The notes under the pieces were generated by a model, which saw nothing but the letters and a program-made list of their open reading frames with translations, was not told the DNA's origin and made no database searches. The translations under genes and the position numbers were made by a program. From Azolla caroliniana (taxonomy: Eukaryota; Plantae; Polypodiophyta), in assembly GCA_043228905.1 (NCBI GenBank), contig JBHGNT010000010.1:14880001-14944000 (forward strand): DNA of 64,000 nucleotides, read 5' to 3'. Below are positions 21,501 to 34,559 of this stretch, in pieces; within the stretch, counting starts at the first letter, position 1, and every line of letters starts with the position of its first letter.

Positions 21501-23919
21501 TACCGACTCTGGGACCCCGAACGCAGACAAATCGTTCGAAGTTCGGACGTTGTGTTCAACGAGTCGGCTATGAATCCATCAGTCGAAAAACCAATCGAAG
21601 TCCGAAGGGTAACATTCTCCGATGTGCCGACCCTTCAAGAAGGCCCTGCTCTCAACACACGGTCAGCTTCACGGGTAGCTGAACCTTACACTACCGACTC
21701 GGACGACTCCGACTCGGCACAGCCGAATGATTCGCTTTCGGACCATCCGACCACGATACCCGATGCGACCAGTCCAATCATGCCTCGACGATCCGAGAGA
21801 CTGTCGCAACCTCCGGAGAGGTATTCTCCTGGAATTTTCTTCACCGACGCCGGCGAACCGACGTCTTACGAAGAAGCATCGACATCTGTCGATTCCGCCA
21901 CCTGGCATCTGGCGATGGAGTCGGAAATGCACTCCATTCGGGCAAACAAGACTTGGGATCTGGTCGAATTACCTAGGAACCGACGTGCTCTTCCTTGCAA
22001 GTGGGTCTATCGACTAAAAGAGACGTCTGATTCGACCACCCCAAAGTACAAGGCCAGATTAGTTGCGAAGGGCTTCCGACAAGAATATGGCGTCGACTTC
22101 GACGAGATTTTTTCACCAGTGGTGAAAATGACAACCCTTCGTTTCCTACTCGGCGTAGTGGCAGCCGACAACTTGGAGCTGATTCAGCTAGATGTCAAAA
22201 CAGCCTTCCTCCATGGTGATCTCAAGGAGGAAATTTATATGGAGCAGCCAAAAGGCTTCGTGGCAACCGGCCAAGAACATCTAGTCTGCCGACTCAGGAA
22301 GAGTCTATACGGCCTCAAACAGGCACCGCGACAATGGTACAAGAAGTTCGACGACTTCATCCAATCGATCGGCTTCTCAAAAAGCGATGAGGACCATTGT
22401 CTCTTCACCAACACAGCTCAAGATGGATCACCCATCTTCCTCATCATTTACGTGGACGACATGCTAATTTCTGGACGCCACGCGGGCGAACTTGCCGATC
22501 TCATTCGGCAACTGCGGTTGAAGTTTGCCATGAAGGACCTCGGTCCGGCACGACACATACTCGGCATGAAGATTAGTCGGCATCGCGATAAACGACATCT
22601 TTTTTTGTCTCAGACCGACTATATCGGACGTGTCTTGGAACGCTTCAACATGCAATCAGCCAAATCTGCTTCAACCCCGCTCCCCATGAATCTTCGGCTC
22701 TCTCAGCGAGACTGCCCGACATCCGGTCCGGAGGGGGAAGATATGAAGTCGGTACCGTATGCACCGGCAGTCGGCTCCCTTATGTACCTGATGGTCGCGA
22801 CACGGCCTGATATTTCTCACGCCGTAGGAGTCGTTAGCAGATTTATGCACAATCCTGGCCGATCGCATTGGAACGCAGTCAAGCATGTGTTCAGATATCT
22901 GGCTGGCACAAAAGACCATGGCATTCTTTTCGGTCCGAACCGAACCTCAGGCGTAGTCGGTTACACCGACTCGGACTTCGCCGGCTGTATAGACAGTCGG
23001 AAATCAACAACCGGATACTGCTTCAAATTCGGCAATGGAGCAATCTCGTGGAAGTCGAAACTTCAGGAGTGCACAGCGACCTCAACGACCGAAGCAGAAT
23101 ATGTAGCTGCGTCCGACGCGGCAAAAGAAGCCTTGTGGCTCGGTCGGCTGGCACACACGTTTCGACAAGTCGACCATGACTCGGCTCCAGTTGTCTACAG
23201 CGACAGTCAAGGTGCTGTTGCCTTGTCGAAAAATCCGGTTCACCACAACGCCTCCAAACATATCGACGTTCGATATCACTTCGTTCGGGACTGCGTCATT
23301 TCAGGGAAAATCGGTCTAGAGAAAATATCCACAACCGACAATGTCGCAGATGGAATGACCAAATGTCTTTCGGCAGACCGCTTTCGGTCTCTTCGGCATC
23401 AGATGGGCGTAACGACAAACCAGTCCGGTTAGAGCCGGACACAGAGCAGGATGGTTCCCGACAACCGACATCAGTTCCTTAATGATCGGCTTCAACTGTT
23501 CCGACCCGACCAGTTCGGTCTTCTGCCTTCGGACCCTGCCGACTCGAACAAAGCTGATATGTCCGAGAACCTAAGTCTATACCTGTAATCTTAGATAACC
23601 CATGTATACGCCCATTACGGGGGAGTGTCGAATACATGTGTATAATGGACGTATTCACATTATCCCGTTTTGGCCATTTATGTAATTAGCATAAAGGGTA
23701 GTTGCCCTAAGTCGGTCACTATATATAGTGACCTTGTAACCTTTTTGTAAGGTTGGTTGTTGTATTATTGCTTTATGAAATAAGAAGTTCTTTTGTGCCT
23801 CTTTGTCTCTCTCTCTCTCTCTCTCTCTGTGCAACGACATACAATCTGTCATACGCAGGTATTCTGGACAGCAACGAATGCTCCTTGATCTTCCGCATTG
23901 ACCCTCCTCGCTTCCAACA
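18521..23919 (+). mobile_element. Cop1: intact full-length Ty1/copia (Tnt1/Tork-like) LTR retrotransposon
   Basis: LTRs 18521-18816 and 23626-23919 differ only by one CT unit; PBS TGGTATCAGAGC 18819-18830 (tRNA-iMet); PPT 23619-23625; 5-bp TSD AGGAG; splits GyX1 RT just after FLDD. Confidence 0.98.
19419..23432 (+). CDS. gag-pol: Copia Gag-Pol polyprotein (Gag-CCHC, protease, integrase, RT, RNase H), 1337 aa
   Basis: Single ORF with CNYCKKPGHIKADC, WLLDSGAS, WHRRLGH...CEHC, VHSD/TDNGGEF/NGIAER, KARLVAKG, YVDD, GYTDSD and KHIDVRYH. Confidence 0.97.
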   Translation: MASTSGSSEMSLRKFDGSNFNFWKEQMQDYLIVKGQIDPIENEEPPEGYKPIEWQKLDRIVRATIRMHLSESVYFTVQSCTTAFELWKTLSDTYEKKVAATKMFLIRRLYNLRMKESDSVQAHLNEYESISSQISSQGTAIEDELRAMILMSSLPSSWETFVTTVCNASTTAVKYSEVMSAILTEAARRKSFAKDSTDDAYVVQGSTDRSNIRGRDSSRPPNNQRRRSQSRDHRICNYCKKPGHIKADCRALKNKNNKKSGRHEEINYVSFSADVLPDDPNILSIENPVGSEVLLTTEESSTWLLDSGASFHVTPHRSQFRQYTIRHSDSVRVGNSQHCDIIGIGTVELNLAGGSTLVLHNVRHVPELSRPLISVGQLDEDDIRAGFSSGGWTLHRGNLLLARGPKIHSLYPLHVTLREGNLFLVDIPVSSLWHRRLGHLSKAGITHLSRAGYIPKLSFSDHQFCEHCQYGKQAAASHPTSAPRETRPLDLVHSDVSGPMPHQSLGGASYFVTFIDDSTRKVWAYPIRTKDRVFSIFTDWLAMVETQTDRKLKCLRTDNGGEFKSEEFVKFCRQRGIRREFTAPHSPEQNGIAERMNRTIQERIVSMLQHSGLSDGFWAEALLTAVHIINMSPSRPLGLQIPQELWIGSKPNYDKLRIFGCEAYALIPKDDRRKLAPRSRKCIFLGYGSDGEMGYRLWDPERRQIVRSSDVVFNESAMNPSVEKPIEVRRVTFSDVPTLQEGPALNTRSASRVAEPYTTDSDDSDSAQPNDSLSDHPTTIPDATSPIMPRRSERLSQPPERYSPGIFFTDAGEPTSYEEASTSVDSATWHLAMESEMHSIRANKTWDLVELPRNRRALPCKWVYRLKETSDSTTPKYKARLVAKGFRQEYGVDFDEIFSPVVKMTTLRFLLGVVAADNLELIQLDVKTAFLHGDLKEEIYMEQPKGFVATGQEHLVCRLRKSLYGLKQAPRQWYKKFDDFIQSIGFSKSDEDHCLFTNTAQDGSPIFLIIYVDDMLISGRHAGELADLIRQLRLKFAMKDLGPARHILGMKISRHRDKRHLFLSQTDYIGRVLERFNMQSAKSASTPLPMNLRLSQRDCPTSGPEGEDMKSVPYAPAVGSLMYLMVATRPDISHAVGVVSRFMHNPGRSHWNAVKHVFRYLAGTKDHGILFGPNRTSGVVGYTDSDFAGCIDSRKSTTGYCFKFGNGAISWKSKLQECTATSTTEAEYVAASDAAKEALWLGRLAHTFRQVDHDSAPVVYSDSQGAVALSKNPVHHNASKHIDVRYHFVRDCVISGKIGLEKISTTDNVADGMTKCLSADRFRSLRHQMGVTTNQSG

Positions 23920-26324
23920 AGGAGATCACTTTCAGCACCTCCGGCTATGTCTAGAGAAATGTCGGGCTTACCGGCTAAGCTTGAATCCGGCAAAGTGTGT
24001 ATTCGGAGTGTCGAGCGGGGCGCTATTAGGACACATTGTGAGCAAGGAAGGAATTGCCGTGAACCCGGACAAAGTAAAAGCAATTGTGGAGGCACCAACA
24101 CTAACAACGGCCAAGGCATTAAGCTGTTTCTTAGGCCAAATCCGGTGGCATAGCCGAATGCTCCGGTATCTGGCGGACCTGGCTACACCGCTGCATGCTG
24201 CGGTACACCGAACACTATTCCAATGGACCGACACCGAAGACAAGGTGTACCGGGGACTCAAAGGACTATTATCACAAGCGCCGGTAGTGCAACCCCCGGA
24301 TTGGGCCAAGGAGTTTCATGTGTTCGTGGATGCGGTCTGACATTGCAATCAGAAATGCGTTCATGTAACTTACGGAGCCAAGGTGGTACCGGCTCGTATA
24401 TTATGAAAGCCGAAATTTATCCCAAGCAGAATGAAATTATTCCACCACGGAAAGGGAAGCTTTGGGCATGATCTACAACGTGACAAAGTTCAGACATTAT
24501 TTGCTGGGAAGGAAATTTTCCTTCCACGTAGATAATTCGGCACTCCTCTATTTAGTTTCCAAAGCGTCACTAACTGGTAAGTTGGCATGGTGGACGTTAC
24601 TATTGCAAGAATTTGAGTTCGAAATATTCTACCGACCCGCCATACAGCACGCAATAGCAAACTATTTGAGCCAGTTAGATTCTGGCGAGACTGGTGGAGT
24701 TCCGGATGAGTTTCCAGATGCTGAGGTATTTCGGGTCACCGCGGAGACGGCAACAGATGAAATGGTGGCATAAGAAGATAAGTGGCTGACAAATATGCAA
24801 CAATTTTTGAGCACCGGATTGCCTCCGGACGAGATGAACCGGGACGAGAGGAAATGCCTGGCGGTAAAAAGCCGGCACTTCTGTTTAGTACAGGACACAC
24901 TATACCACAAAGGCGCCGATGGTATATGGTGACGGGCGGTGCGCAATGACGAGATTGATATAATACTACGAGAAGCACACTGCGGAGTCGCCGGAGGTCA
25001 TTATGCCGGAGATGCTATGGCAAGGAAGATATGACATTGAAAGACGCAGTCCGGTACGCGAAAGAATGCGATCTATGTCAGCGAATGGGCTAGCTAACCG
25101 AACAAGCTAGGATGCCGCACCAGCCGGTACTACCGTTAGAACCATTTCAGAAATGGGGGCTGGACTTTGTGGGTCAATTCAAACCACCGGCAATGAGAAC
25201 CGGCAACCGGTATGTGATCATAGCTACGGATTACTCCACGAAATGGGTAGAAGCCAAAGCCTTGCGCGACAACACCGCGGCGTCGACGGCGAAATTCTTG
25301 TATGAATACATCTGGTGCAGGTATGGAGGCCCGATCGGGCTAATAAGTGACCAAGGAGGACACTTCCTCGCCCAAGTGGTGGAAATCTTGACGTCGTTCT
25401 ATGCCGTGATGCATAAACGGAGCACATCATACTATCCTCAAGAAAACGGTTTAAAGCCGAGTCGACGAACAAAACGCTACAGAATATCCTTCGGAAAATC
25501 GTCAACGAAAACCAGACAGATTGGGATACGAAATTGCATAGCGCACTCTGGGCTTACCGGACAGCCTACAAAACAAGCATCCAAACCACACCGTTCCGGC
25601 TAGCATTCAGATTGGAGGCCGTCATGCCGGTAGAGTTCCAGGTCCCGAGCTTGCGGATTTAGATTAGGGAACGATTAAAGGAAAAGGAATTGGAGGCAAT
25701 TCGGTTAGCAGCTCTGTGTGAACTAGAAGAACATTGAGTAGCAAGTATCATGCACCTGGAACTGGAGCAGCAACGAAGAAAGGCGTTTGTGGATCGCCAC
25801 CGAAAAGGAAATGAGAAGATGTTTGGAATCGGCACTAGTGTTCCTGACCCGGATGGGAAAGATGTCGGGGAAACTACGGTTTCGGTGGACCGGACCGTAC
25901 TAGATCACACGCGAGTTCAATGGATCCTACCAGTTAGGGACACTTGCTGACGAAGTCCTGGGTAAGTGGGTCAATGGATTTCGACTAAAGCCATACAAGG
26001 GAGCCATGGCGAGGAACCCATTTGAACAAGGAAAGGCCGATGCCGAACTAGATACCGGAATATAGGAAACAACAGCAACCCGATTAGCAATCAGCAACAA
26101 CGAAGCCGGTAAGGGGGACAAAGAGCCGGCACATGGGTTAGATAAGAGGCCGACAAGATTCCTCATTCGGGTAAGGGTCCATTAGGACCGGAGACGAATT
26201 AACCTAACAATTGTTTAATCAAAAAAAAAAAAAATCGAATCGAATCAAAGAAATCATGCAAAGGAGTGGTGGGAACGGCCATGCAAACGAGTAAAGAGGC
26301 ACTTCGAAAAGGTACGAGGAGGCT

Positions 26325-29130
26325 ATGAATAAGGCATTAAAACACCGCCACATGGCACGTAATGATATTATAGTACACGACCTGCACATGCGTAGGCTCG
26401 AAAAAGGCGCCAAGAAGCAGAGAGAAAACACCCCCCGCATCGAGACCTTCTTCTTTCGCGAACCAAGGAGCACAGACGCACACAGGCGCTTGAAGATCAT
26501 CAGAAGAGAGCCAACACACACAGAGCTTCCTCATACACAGCCCTCACCGACGTTGTCCGACCTCGACGCAGAAGACATGGATGGCCAGACTCTCTTGGAG
26601 GCCGCCAAGAAATGGCTACAACAACACGGATTGGAGGGGTTCCTCACAATCATGGACGCACCACCACACAAAGAAGCCGACAAGATCATCAAAGAAATTG
26701 ACACCGAGCTGATCACGGAGGAAGTGATCCGTGCACTAACAGGCCTTCTAGAGGAGGGCATCTATACTATTGACAACCCTACCTCCGAACGACTCATCAA
26801 ATACTTCGACGAATATTCTCTGGCTAGCAAGGGCTACAGAACACAGGGCGGAGAAGATATGTTATTCCGAGAAATTTCCCGTGTACTCCATGAGTTCGGC
26901 CACGTATACCCTCGACCCCCATTTATGCCTCAAAACCGAGCAGGCTTGATCAATGCAACATATGAAGGGGTCAAGGTGGATTGGCTGGTGTTGATCGCCG
27001 ACGGATTGTGTGCAGCTATTGAAACCGTAAGAGGAAAGGAAGCCAAAGAAGGCCGGAAAATATGGCATGCGGTGGCGCAATGGCTCACCCTATTGGTGCC
27101 ACCTGTCGAGCCCGTCCAGACAAAGAAGCGGGGAAGAGTAACGGACGGCACCCCGAAAGCTGCTTCAAAACGACAACAGTTGTAGGCCACCAAGACCACC
27201 AAGGGGAAGACAGCCAACACGAAGCAGGCGGCGAAGGAGCGCGCCATCCGGAAGTAGCCGACGGACACGCAAGAGGAGACACCAGCACGACCCTCGAAGA
27301 ACACACCACGCCGATTGGTGCAGCAAGAAACGGACACCCTGGTGGCAAGAATGAATGCCGGGACTCAGGAGGAGGCAACGAAGGAGGCAACGGAGGAAGA
27401 ACCTACGGAGCACCTCCAGCAGCGGCCGAAGACGAGCACCACAGAATTAGCTGGGAAGCGTTCGGACCCACAGAAGGATGGAACGCCTTGACCCCACACT
27501 GAGAATCCTATGCCAAGGGAGGAACCGGAACCAGTTCGAAAGGAACCAGTCTCAGAAGCCCCTGTACAACAGGCAATACCGGCAAGCCCTGAAACGCAAG
27601 CACCAGTAAGGCATGTGCCACCTTCCTCAGCCGGCCAAGAACAAGCCGAATCATAACCGGAACCCGAACAACAAAGTGGTCAGCAGGCAGAGCATGAAGT
27701 GCATCTCGACGCAGTTAGGCGGGACTGGCCATTGGCAAGTGAACCCATCAACCAACCCTCCGTGCAGACGCAACAACAGGGTACCGGCAGCTAATGGCTC
27801 CGGTGGATAGGAGAGCAGGTTGCCGGAGCAATACTGTATGTAGAGGCTGAAGAACGAGCGCAGATGGAACGGTTGCTAGTCACAACCGATGAACTAGAGA
27901 CGGCCCGGTCAAGGATCCGGTGCCTTGAACAAGACTTGGATCGGGTCATAGAACACATGGCCAAAATGGCCTTAACCACAACACAGATCCAAGCACTAGT
28001 GACTGTGGTGGATGTACAGAATAAAGAAACAACCACGCCTATACATACGAATAAGACCCCGGAGACAGAAACCTTCCCCGGAGAAAGATGCGGCGCAAGC
28101 CCAAGAGCTTGCCGAATTAAGGGACGAACTTGCGGCACAAGAAGCACTACGGAGCCACGAGAAATTGCTGCAGGAGAAGGACAAGCTGCGACGGATGGCG
28201 GAAATGGAAATCAAAAGGCTGAAAGAAGAACTCCGTCAACAAAAGGACCGGGAAGACCGCGCTCGCCGGCAAATCAACCAAAGGTTGAAGTAGAAGACAG
28301 AGGACTTTGACCACCTGCACCGGAACTTTAAGAGCTTGGACACAGATTATAAGCAACAACAGGAAAGGATGGCCGAGCTCCGACAGGAAGTTGATAGGGC
28401 CACAACGGCACTCGCCGACGAATGGGTTGAGAATACAAAGCTATTGGAGGAAGCGGCGAGGGACCAGATGGAGCTCCACAACCAGCACAATGAAGAAAAG
28501 GAGAGAGCAACAATGGTGTTACAGAGGTTGCAAACAACCTATCAGAGTCAATTGTCGCATTATAGGGAGCAAGACGCGGACTCGGTTAGATTCATCAAGC
28601 AATTGAAAGAGGAGCGACAACCCGTGGAGAACAAATCACAGATGGGAATGGAACGGATCCAGTGCATCCTCCGGTCATGGCTAAACAAGACCAAACACTT
28701 GATTGATGAGAGCTCCGTGGGATGGTGGACGAAGTGGGCGCAGAATACGGTTGAACTCCAGTTGCTCAGGGTAGACGCCGAAAACCGGCGGTAGGAAGGT
28801 GACGACTGTTACATGCTCACATCGGAGGACTTTACCGTCATAAAGGATGAGCTGGCAAAAGATTTCACAGCTCTGGCGGATGAGCAATTGGTGAAGGTTC
28901 GGCAACTCATAGGTCAACTAGACGACGATCGAATGGATGCTCAAATCCAGTTTGAGAGCTATGAGCGGTCCTGGCTTAGGCAAGAAAAAGCAAGGCAGGC
29001 GACAACGGTCAACCTCAGTGATGAGGAACCGTTGCCGGTACAAGGACCAGAGGGAGACCAGGCCGGGGTAAGTCAACCAGAGACAACTCCAATGGAGGAA
29101 ACAACGAAGGAAACACTGGTGCCAGAGCAA
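26325..29130 (+). pseudogene. Extra ORF3 of GyX1 downstream of integrase (globular N-terminus, P/E-rich linker, long coiled coil), disrupted
   Basis: ORF pieces 26325-27185, 27864-28293, 28336-28794 and 28813-29130 are collinear with the GyX2 copy. Confidence 0.75.
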
Positions 29131-30672
29131 CCAAGGTGTGAAAAGGTGAATTGTTATTTGGGAATCTTTTGTAATTACTAGTCTTAATATATTAATATAT
29201 AAGAAGATGTGGACGGACGGACCGGAATCGGTATGCCGATCCAGATCCGGACCGATCCCGAAAAGGTGCCGGTTGGCACCGTTTTGTACTTCACACCGGT
29301 GACCTATATAAAGGGCCGGTTATAATGTAGTCATTAACGGAGAGTAATATAAACCTTTTGTTTAATCATTGAGTATTGTTCACCGTTCTGTGCTTATTGT
29401 ATATCTTACGCGTGTTAATGATGTATTGCTAAGTAACCGATTAAGGTCCAATTAAGCATTGTGTCATAAGTTATCTCGCCGTAACACCATGGTTGTTTAC
29501 GTACCCGTATTTAACGTTTAAATACGTATAGTACCTCATCATTTGTATAGTACGTACTATACCTCAATGTTGTTTAGTCAAATGTCATGTACATTTATCC
29601 AATACGGTATTTAACGTATTTATAAAAAAACAGGTATAATACGTATTTATAAATAAAATATAACTAAAATCCTAACAAAAAGCAAAAGAAAAAAAAGATT
29701 TTAGTGAAAAAGAAGCCAAAGGAAGGAAGAGAGAAGAATAGAAGAGACGACGATGAAGAAGATGAAGAAGAAGAAGAGAGAAAAGAAGACATAAACTTGT
29801 CATGAGTGTGATAATCACAAAAGATAGAAGAAGAAGAAGAAGAAAATGAAGAAAAGAGAAACCTATCATGAGTGTGATAATCGTAGACGATTCCTCAATC
29901 TATGAAGGCATAATTGTAAATAATTACAATTTGAAGTAGAACATTGTGATACACACTTACACTGATTTATAGAATAAGGGAATGTCGACATCCATATTAC
30001 TACAGGTATTTTAGGATGTGAAATGTTCAAATGTCTTATATGCATTTTAGGATACAGAACTATATTGTACATCACAAAATTGTGTAAACATAGATGATTT
30101 TTACAATATTATAGATATTTTTTAGAAAGGTAAATAATTTTCAAATTCTAGAAGTATTTAACGTACTATACGTGAAATACGTATTTTACGTACTTTATGT
30201 ATTTTATAAGTATTTAACATATTAAGAAAACGTATTTAACGTTGTCGTGCCTTTCGGCTCCGGATCGTTGCGTGAGTCGGGTGGGAACCACAGAGGTCTT
30301 GGACTAGGAGAAAGAAGTTCGTGAGATAGAGATTAATTATGAATAAATAGCGAAGAGAAAGATAAGAAAAATCGTGAATCACACGAGTATACTATATTGA
30401 TTGGTACTTAGGGTGTTAAGAGAGAAGTAGATGTATAAATCGTGAATCCCACGAATAAATTTTGTATTGATTAATACTTAATCCAAATAATCAACAACAA
30501 CTACAATGTGCTCCCCATCCTTATATAGTGATGGGAGAGACTAAGCATAGCTACATGCTTTTTCTCATATGTTCATGCACACTAAATGTGCATGTGATGC
30601 TTTTTAATAAAGGTATGCATAAATAAAGGTCTTATACATATTAAATCTATATTTAAAACACTTAAGATAATT

Positions 30673-30762
30673 TAATGTAATGGTAAGGTTGGGGTTTGTC
30701 AACGTGGAGGTGCAGAGTTCGAATCACGCCCTGTGCAATAGTGAGTATTTCCTTTCTTTTTA
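30673..30762 (+). promoter_or_regulatory. tRNA-like A/B-box cassette in the GyC LTR (copy at 37061-37150), antisense to the element
   Basis: Degenerate A box TAATGTAATGG; B box GTTCGAATC at 30717-30725; T-runs follow at ~30753-30761. Confidence 0.5.
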
Positions 30763-30787
30763 CATTTATGTCTCTTTATCCGGCTCT

Positions 30788-30883
30788 TCCTTGCCGGTAT
30801 GCCGTTTTCCTCCTTGCCGGTATGCCGTTTTTCCTCCTTGCCGGTATGCCGTTTTCCTCCTTGCCGGTATGCCGTTTTCCTCC
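30788..30883 (+). repeat. 23-bp tandem repeat in the GyC LTR (4 copies; 3 copies in the other LTR)
   Basis: Unit ttgccggtatgccgttttcctcc accounts for the 721 versus 698 bp LTR length difference. Confidence 0.95.
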
Positions 30884-31124
30884 GGTTCTCACCGAGCACT
30901 CCATTCTCTATCCGGAGGGACAAAAATATAATTTCCACATAGTGTGCAACCTACACTACGACACTCGCCCCCTCCAAACCCGCACATCCTCCGGTATGTG
31001 CCGAAGTTCTTGATTCTTCGTATCCGTCTTCATCCGAAGCTTCCTCCGATTCTCCCCTTATGTCGACTATGAGTTGTAATCCACTTTCTTCGCTTCCCGC
31101 ATCATTGTGGTCTTCGTCCGATTG

Positions 31125-34100
31125 CTACTCGTTGTCGGCCTCGAATTGGATCACATAAGGTTTGTCGTCGGTCCGCTTCTTGAAAATCTTCACCCGCTTC
31201 CCGGCTATAGGCACTCGTAGTATTGTTCCATCCAACTCGGACAGTCGGTACGTCCCGTTGTCGAAGACCTTCCGAACCTCGTACGGCCCGAACCACCTTT
31301 TCGCGAATTTCCGCATCGTTGTATGTTGATGGTCCAAGCTACTATCATAGACGATCACCCAATCTCCTTCTTCAATCCTCCTCGGTCGTAGTCAGTGCTT
31401 TGTGTCGAACCGGCTTTTGTTCCGGAACCGTGCTTCTTGTTGTCGGCGTGACGCTTCCGCTACATCTTTCGGTCTTCCCTCCAGTTGTCGTATCCGGACC
31501 GCTAGTAGTTCTTCCCGGCTCATCTCTTCCTTCCACGGTAGTATTGTCCATGTCGCGATTGCGGTTTCCGTTGGCATTACCGGTGCTTGTCCTGTCATGA
31601 GTTCTGCCGGCATGTAACCGGTCACGGAGCTATGCGTCGTCCGATCCGCCCATAGTGCATACGGAAGCATTTGTGGCCAATCCTTCACCCTTCCGTCGCA
31701 TGCCTTCGCAAGTGCTTTCACGATCGGACTATGTCCTCGTTCAATCTTCCCGTTGGCCTCCGGATTGTAGGCCGTTGTCAACGTTAACCGAACTCCATGT
31801 TTGGCGAAGAATCCCCTAGCTTTGTCCGAGTCGAGTTCTCCCCGGTCCGCAATCACTTGTCCTACGCAGCCGTACCTACAAAACACTTCTTCCAAAAGAA
31901 ATTGGCACACCGCGGCACACGTTTTCCTCCGAAGCGCTCGACCTTCAACTTGGTTTGTGAGATCTTCTCGAGCTAACACCAAGTATTTCTTTTGTCCAAT
32001 CCCGGTCGGCATAGCTACAATGTCGACCATCCACTTGAAGTTGATTGTCGGTGAGAATGTCGGATGCAGCTCATCTCGGTGTCGGACCCCGGAGTAGACT
32101 TGACATTTCTCGCAGCTTTCTGTAAACTCCGCGACATCTTTATACATGTTCTTCCACCAATATCTTTGCTTGATTTTCACAAAAGTTGCCCATGTTCCTC
32201 GATGTCCAGCCCAATCGGATTCGTGGAACTCGGACATTATCCGGTTTCGTTGCTCTTTCGTCCCGACTACTCGAAGTGGTATCCCATCCGGTCTTTTCAG
32301 CGTCCTCCATATTAAACCGTTTTCCAAGAAGAACTTTTGGACTTGCCTCTTCTTCCTTCGGATCTCGGCTCTCCTTTCTTTATCATTGGTTGAATCCTCG
32401 ACCTCTTGTAGCATCTTCCCGATCATCAAGGTTTCCCCCTCGTATTCTTCTTCCCGGAATTCTCGGATCACGTTCACTCGGCATATGTGTTCCGACGTGA
32501 AGTAGTCTTCGGAAACTTCTTCATTATCTGATTCGGTTATGTCGTCTTCAAACCGCGCCCTCGATAACATGTCCGCTACCGCGTTGTCCTTCCCCGAGAT
32601 GTGTCGAACCTCCGGATTAAGTGACTTGACATATGCAATCCACCTTAGCATAGCCACATCCGGTATCGTACAACACCGCATCATCCCGAGTATCGGAAGA
32701 CAATCCGTCTCGATCACCACTTCAGCTCCGATCAAATAATCCCGATCCGATTTTATCGCCGACACGACTCCCCACAATTCTCTTTTGACTTGTGCATATC
32801 CGCGTTGCCTTTCGTTGAGGACCTTTGCTCCAAATCGGATCGGATACCGCGAACCATCCGAGTCGGCTTGATTGATGACCCACCCGATACCGGTTGGACT
32901 TGTATCAACCGTTACTATGATTGGCCGCTCGTAGCTTGGCTTCTTAAGTGATTCCGCCCTCCATAGTGTCTTCTTGAGCTTCCTCATGGCTTTAGTGTGT
33001 TCCGGTTTCCACTCGAATTTCTTACCTTTCCGCAACAAGTGATAGAGCGGGTCCGCTATATGTGCATAGTGCGGAATCCATATGTGATAGAATGCACACG
33101 CACCCAGAAACCTTCGGACTTCCGACGTTGACTCACATACTTCCTTCATAGCTTGAATCGCATCGATCTTTGTTGGTGACGGTCTTCGGCCGTAGGGTCC
33201 ACATAGATGTCCATCCACCAATATTTCTTCTTGCCCGAATGCCGATTTCTCCCCGGAAAGTGTTAGGTGCACATCTTCTAGCTTTCGCAACACTTTCTCG
33301 CAATCATGAATATGGTCGACCACGAACTTTCGGCATCCCCGATCATCCATAGTCTCATCTTTTTCTTCCACCGCGCATCCTTTCATCGGAATGTCATCTA
33401 GAAACGGCATCGTTATCTCCGGAATGCAATCTCGAAGCACCTTGTTCATCGCGTTCATCATATGTGCAACCGAGTTTGTCGCTCCTTGTGGTAGTGTGCA
33501 CATTCGAACTAGTCCTATCGGTGTCCGCATGGTAGTGATGTCTCGGCTCTCCACGGCTAGTTGGAATTGGTCATACCCCGAGTATAGGTCCCCGATGGAG
33601 TATATCGCACGTCCGGCAAAAGCTTCCGCGAATTCGTCCACTATCGGACCGACTCCCGAGTTCCGGATCGTGACCTTGTTCACCGGTTGCAAGTCTTGGA
33701 TGAATCGGAGTGACCCATTCTTCTTCGGAACCGTAAACCATCGATTTGAGTACGGAGCACTTGATGGCTCTAGAATCCCCATCGCCACCTTCTCCTTGAG
33801 CAAGTCGATGACTTTCGGAATATGCGCCCGTGGCACCGGAATCGGCTTCAGGTTCCACGGTACATGATCGATCGTGAAAATCACCATCGGCTCCACTATC
33901 TTTGGATCAATGCATCCGATCTCCCTCGATGTGAACGCGAATGCTTTGCCGTGTTGCTCCAACATCTCTCGAAACCGTTTTTCTTCTTCTTGTAAGAGGA
34001 ACCCACCTCCACCGATCCGAAGTTTCTTCCGGGTCTCATCTGTGAAGGCATGTCCGATATCCACGGACTTCCGAAGTGTCGGATCTCCCGAGACTTCTTT

Positions 34101-34559
34101 CTTCTTTTGTTCGCTATCGGCGGGTAGTGGTCCCGCGGCCGGTTTCACCTTCTTCTCCACGGTCTTGTATTTCGTACTTACCATTGCTTCTTCTTTGCGG
34201 AGCGCATCCGGCCCCATTTTCGCAACGATCTCGTACATCTCGACCGATTCCACCGGGACTACCCGGTTCCCTTGGCTTTTATCTTCCGCAAGCTCTTCAA
34301 GCCGTTGTAGTGTATTCCCATAGAACACTTCCTCGATCACTCCCACGATTTCTTCGTCTTCTTTTATTATTGATGCCGACCGTAACTTATCCTCCACTTG
34401 TCGGTATTGTTTCTTCATTCCTCCGGTTACGGCCGTGTACGTAGATGCCCCATCCGGGCCGATTCGTACTTGTTTTGCTCCGAGACTTTTCTTCCTGTGT
34501 GGGGTATCAGGGCTTCTCGGACTATCACTTCCCCACTCCGCAACAGTCCGCTTTAAAAA
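31125..34559 (-). CDS. pol: GyC Pol (RT-RNase H-integrase) in the -1 frame; premature TGA at 31392-31394 before the GPY tail
   Basis: DLYSGYDQ, LPQG, PFLDD, VDTSPTGIG, HHCC zinc-binding motif, WMVD/ADRGE/KIE, WFGPY; frame is open from 34559 to the ATG at 34418; KH*LRP versus THRLRP in GyB indicates CGA>TGA. Confidence 0.9.

Noticed and set aside
31000-31358. Chromodomain at the GyC integrase C-terminus
   Set aside because: After the GPY motif the sequence is a short acidic tail without chromodomain aromatic motifs
31392-31394. Programmed readthrough of the TGA in GyC integrase
   Set aside because: GyB has Arg at this position; CGA>TGA deamination is the simpler explanation
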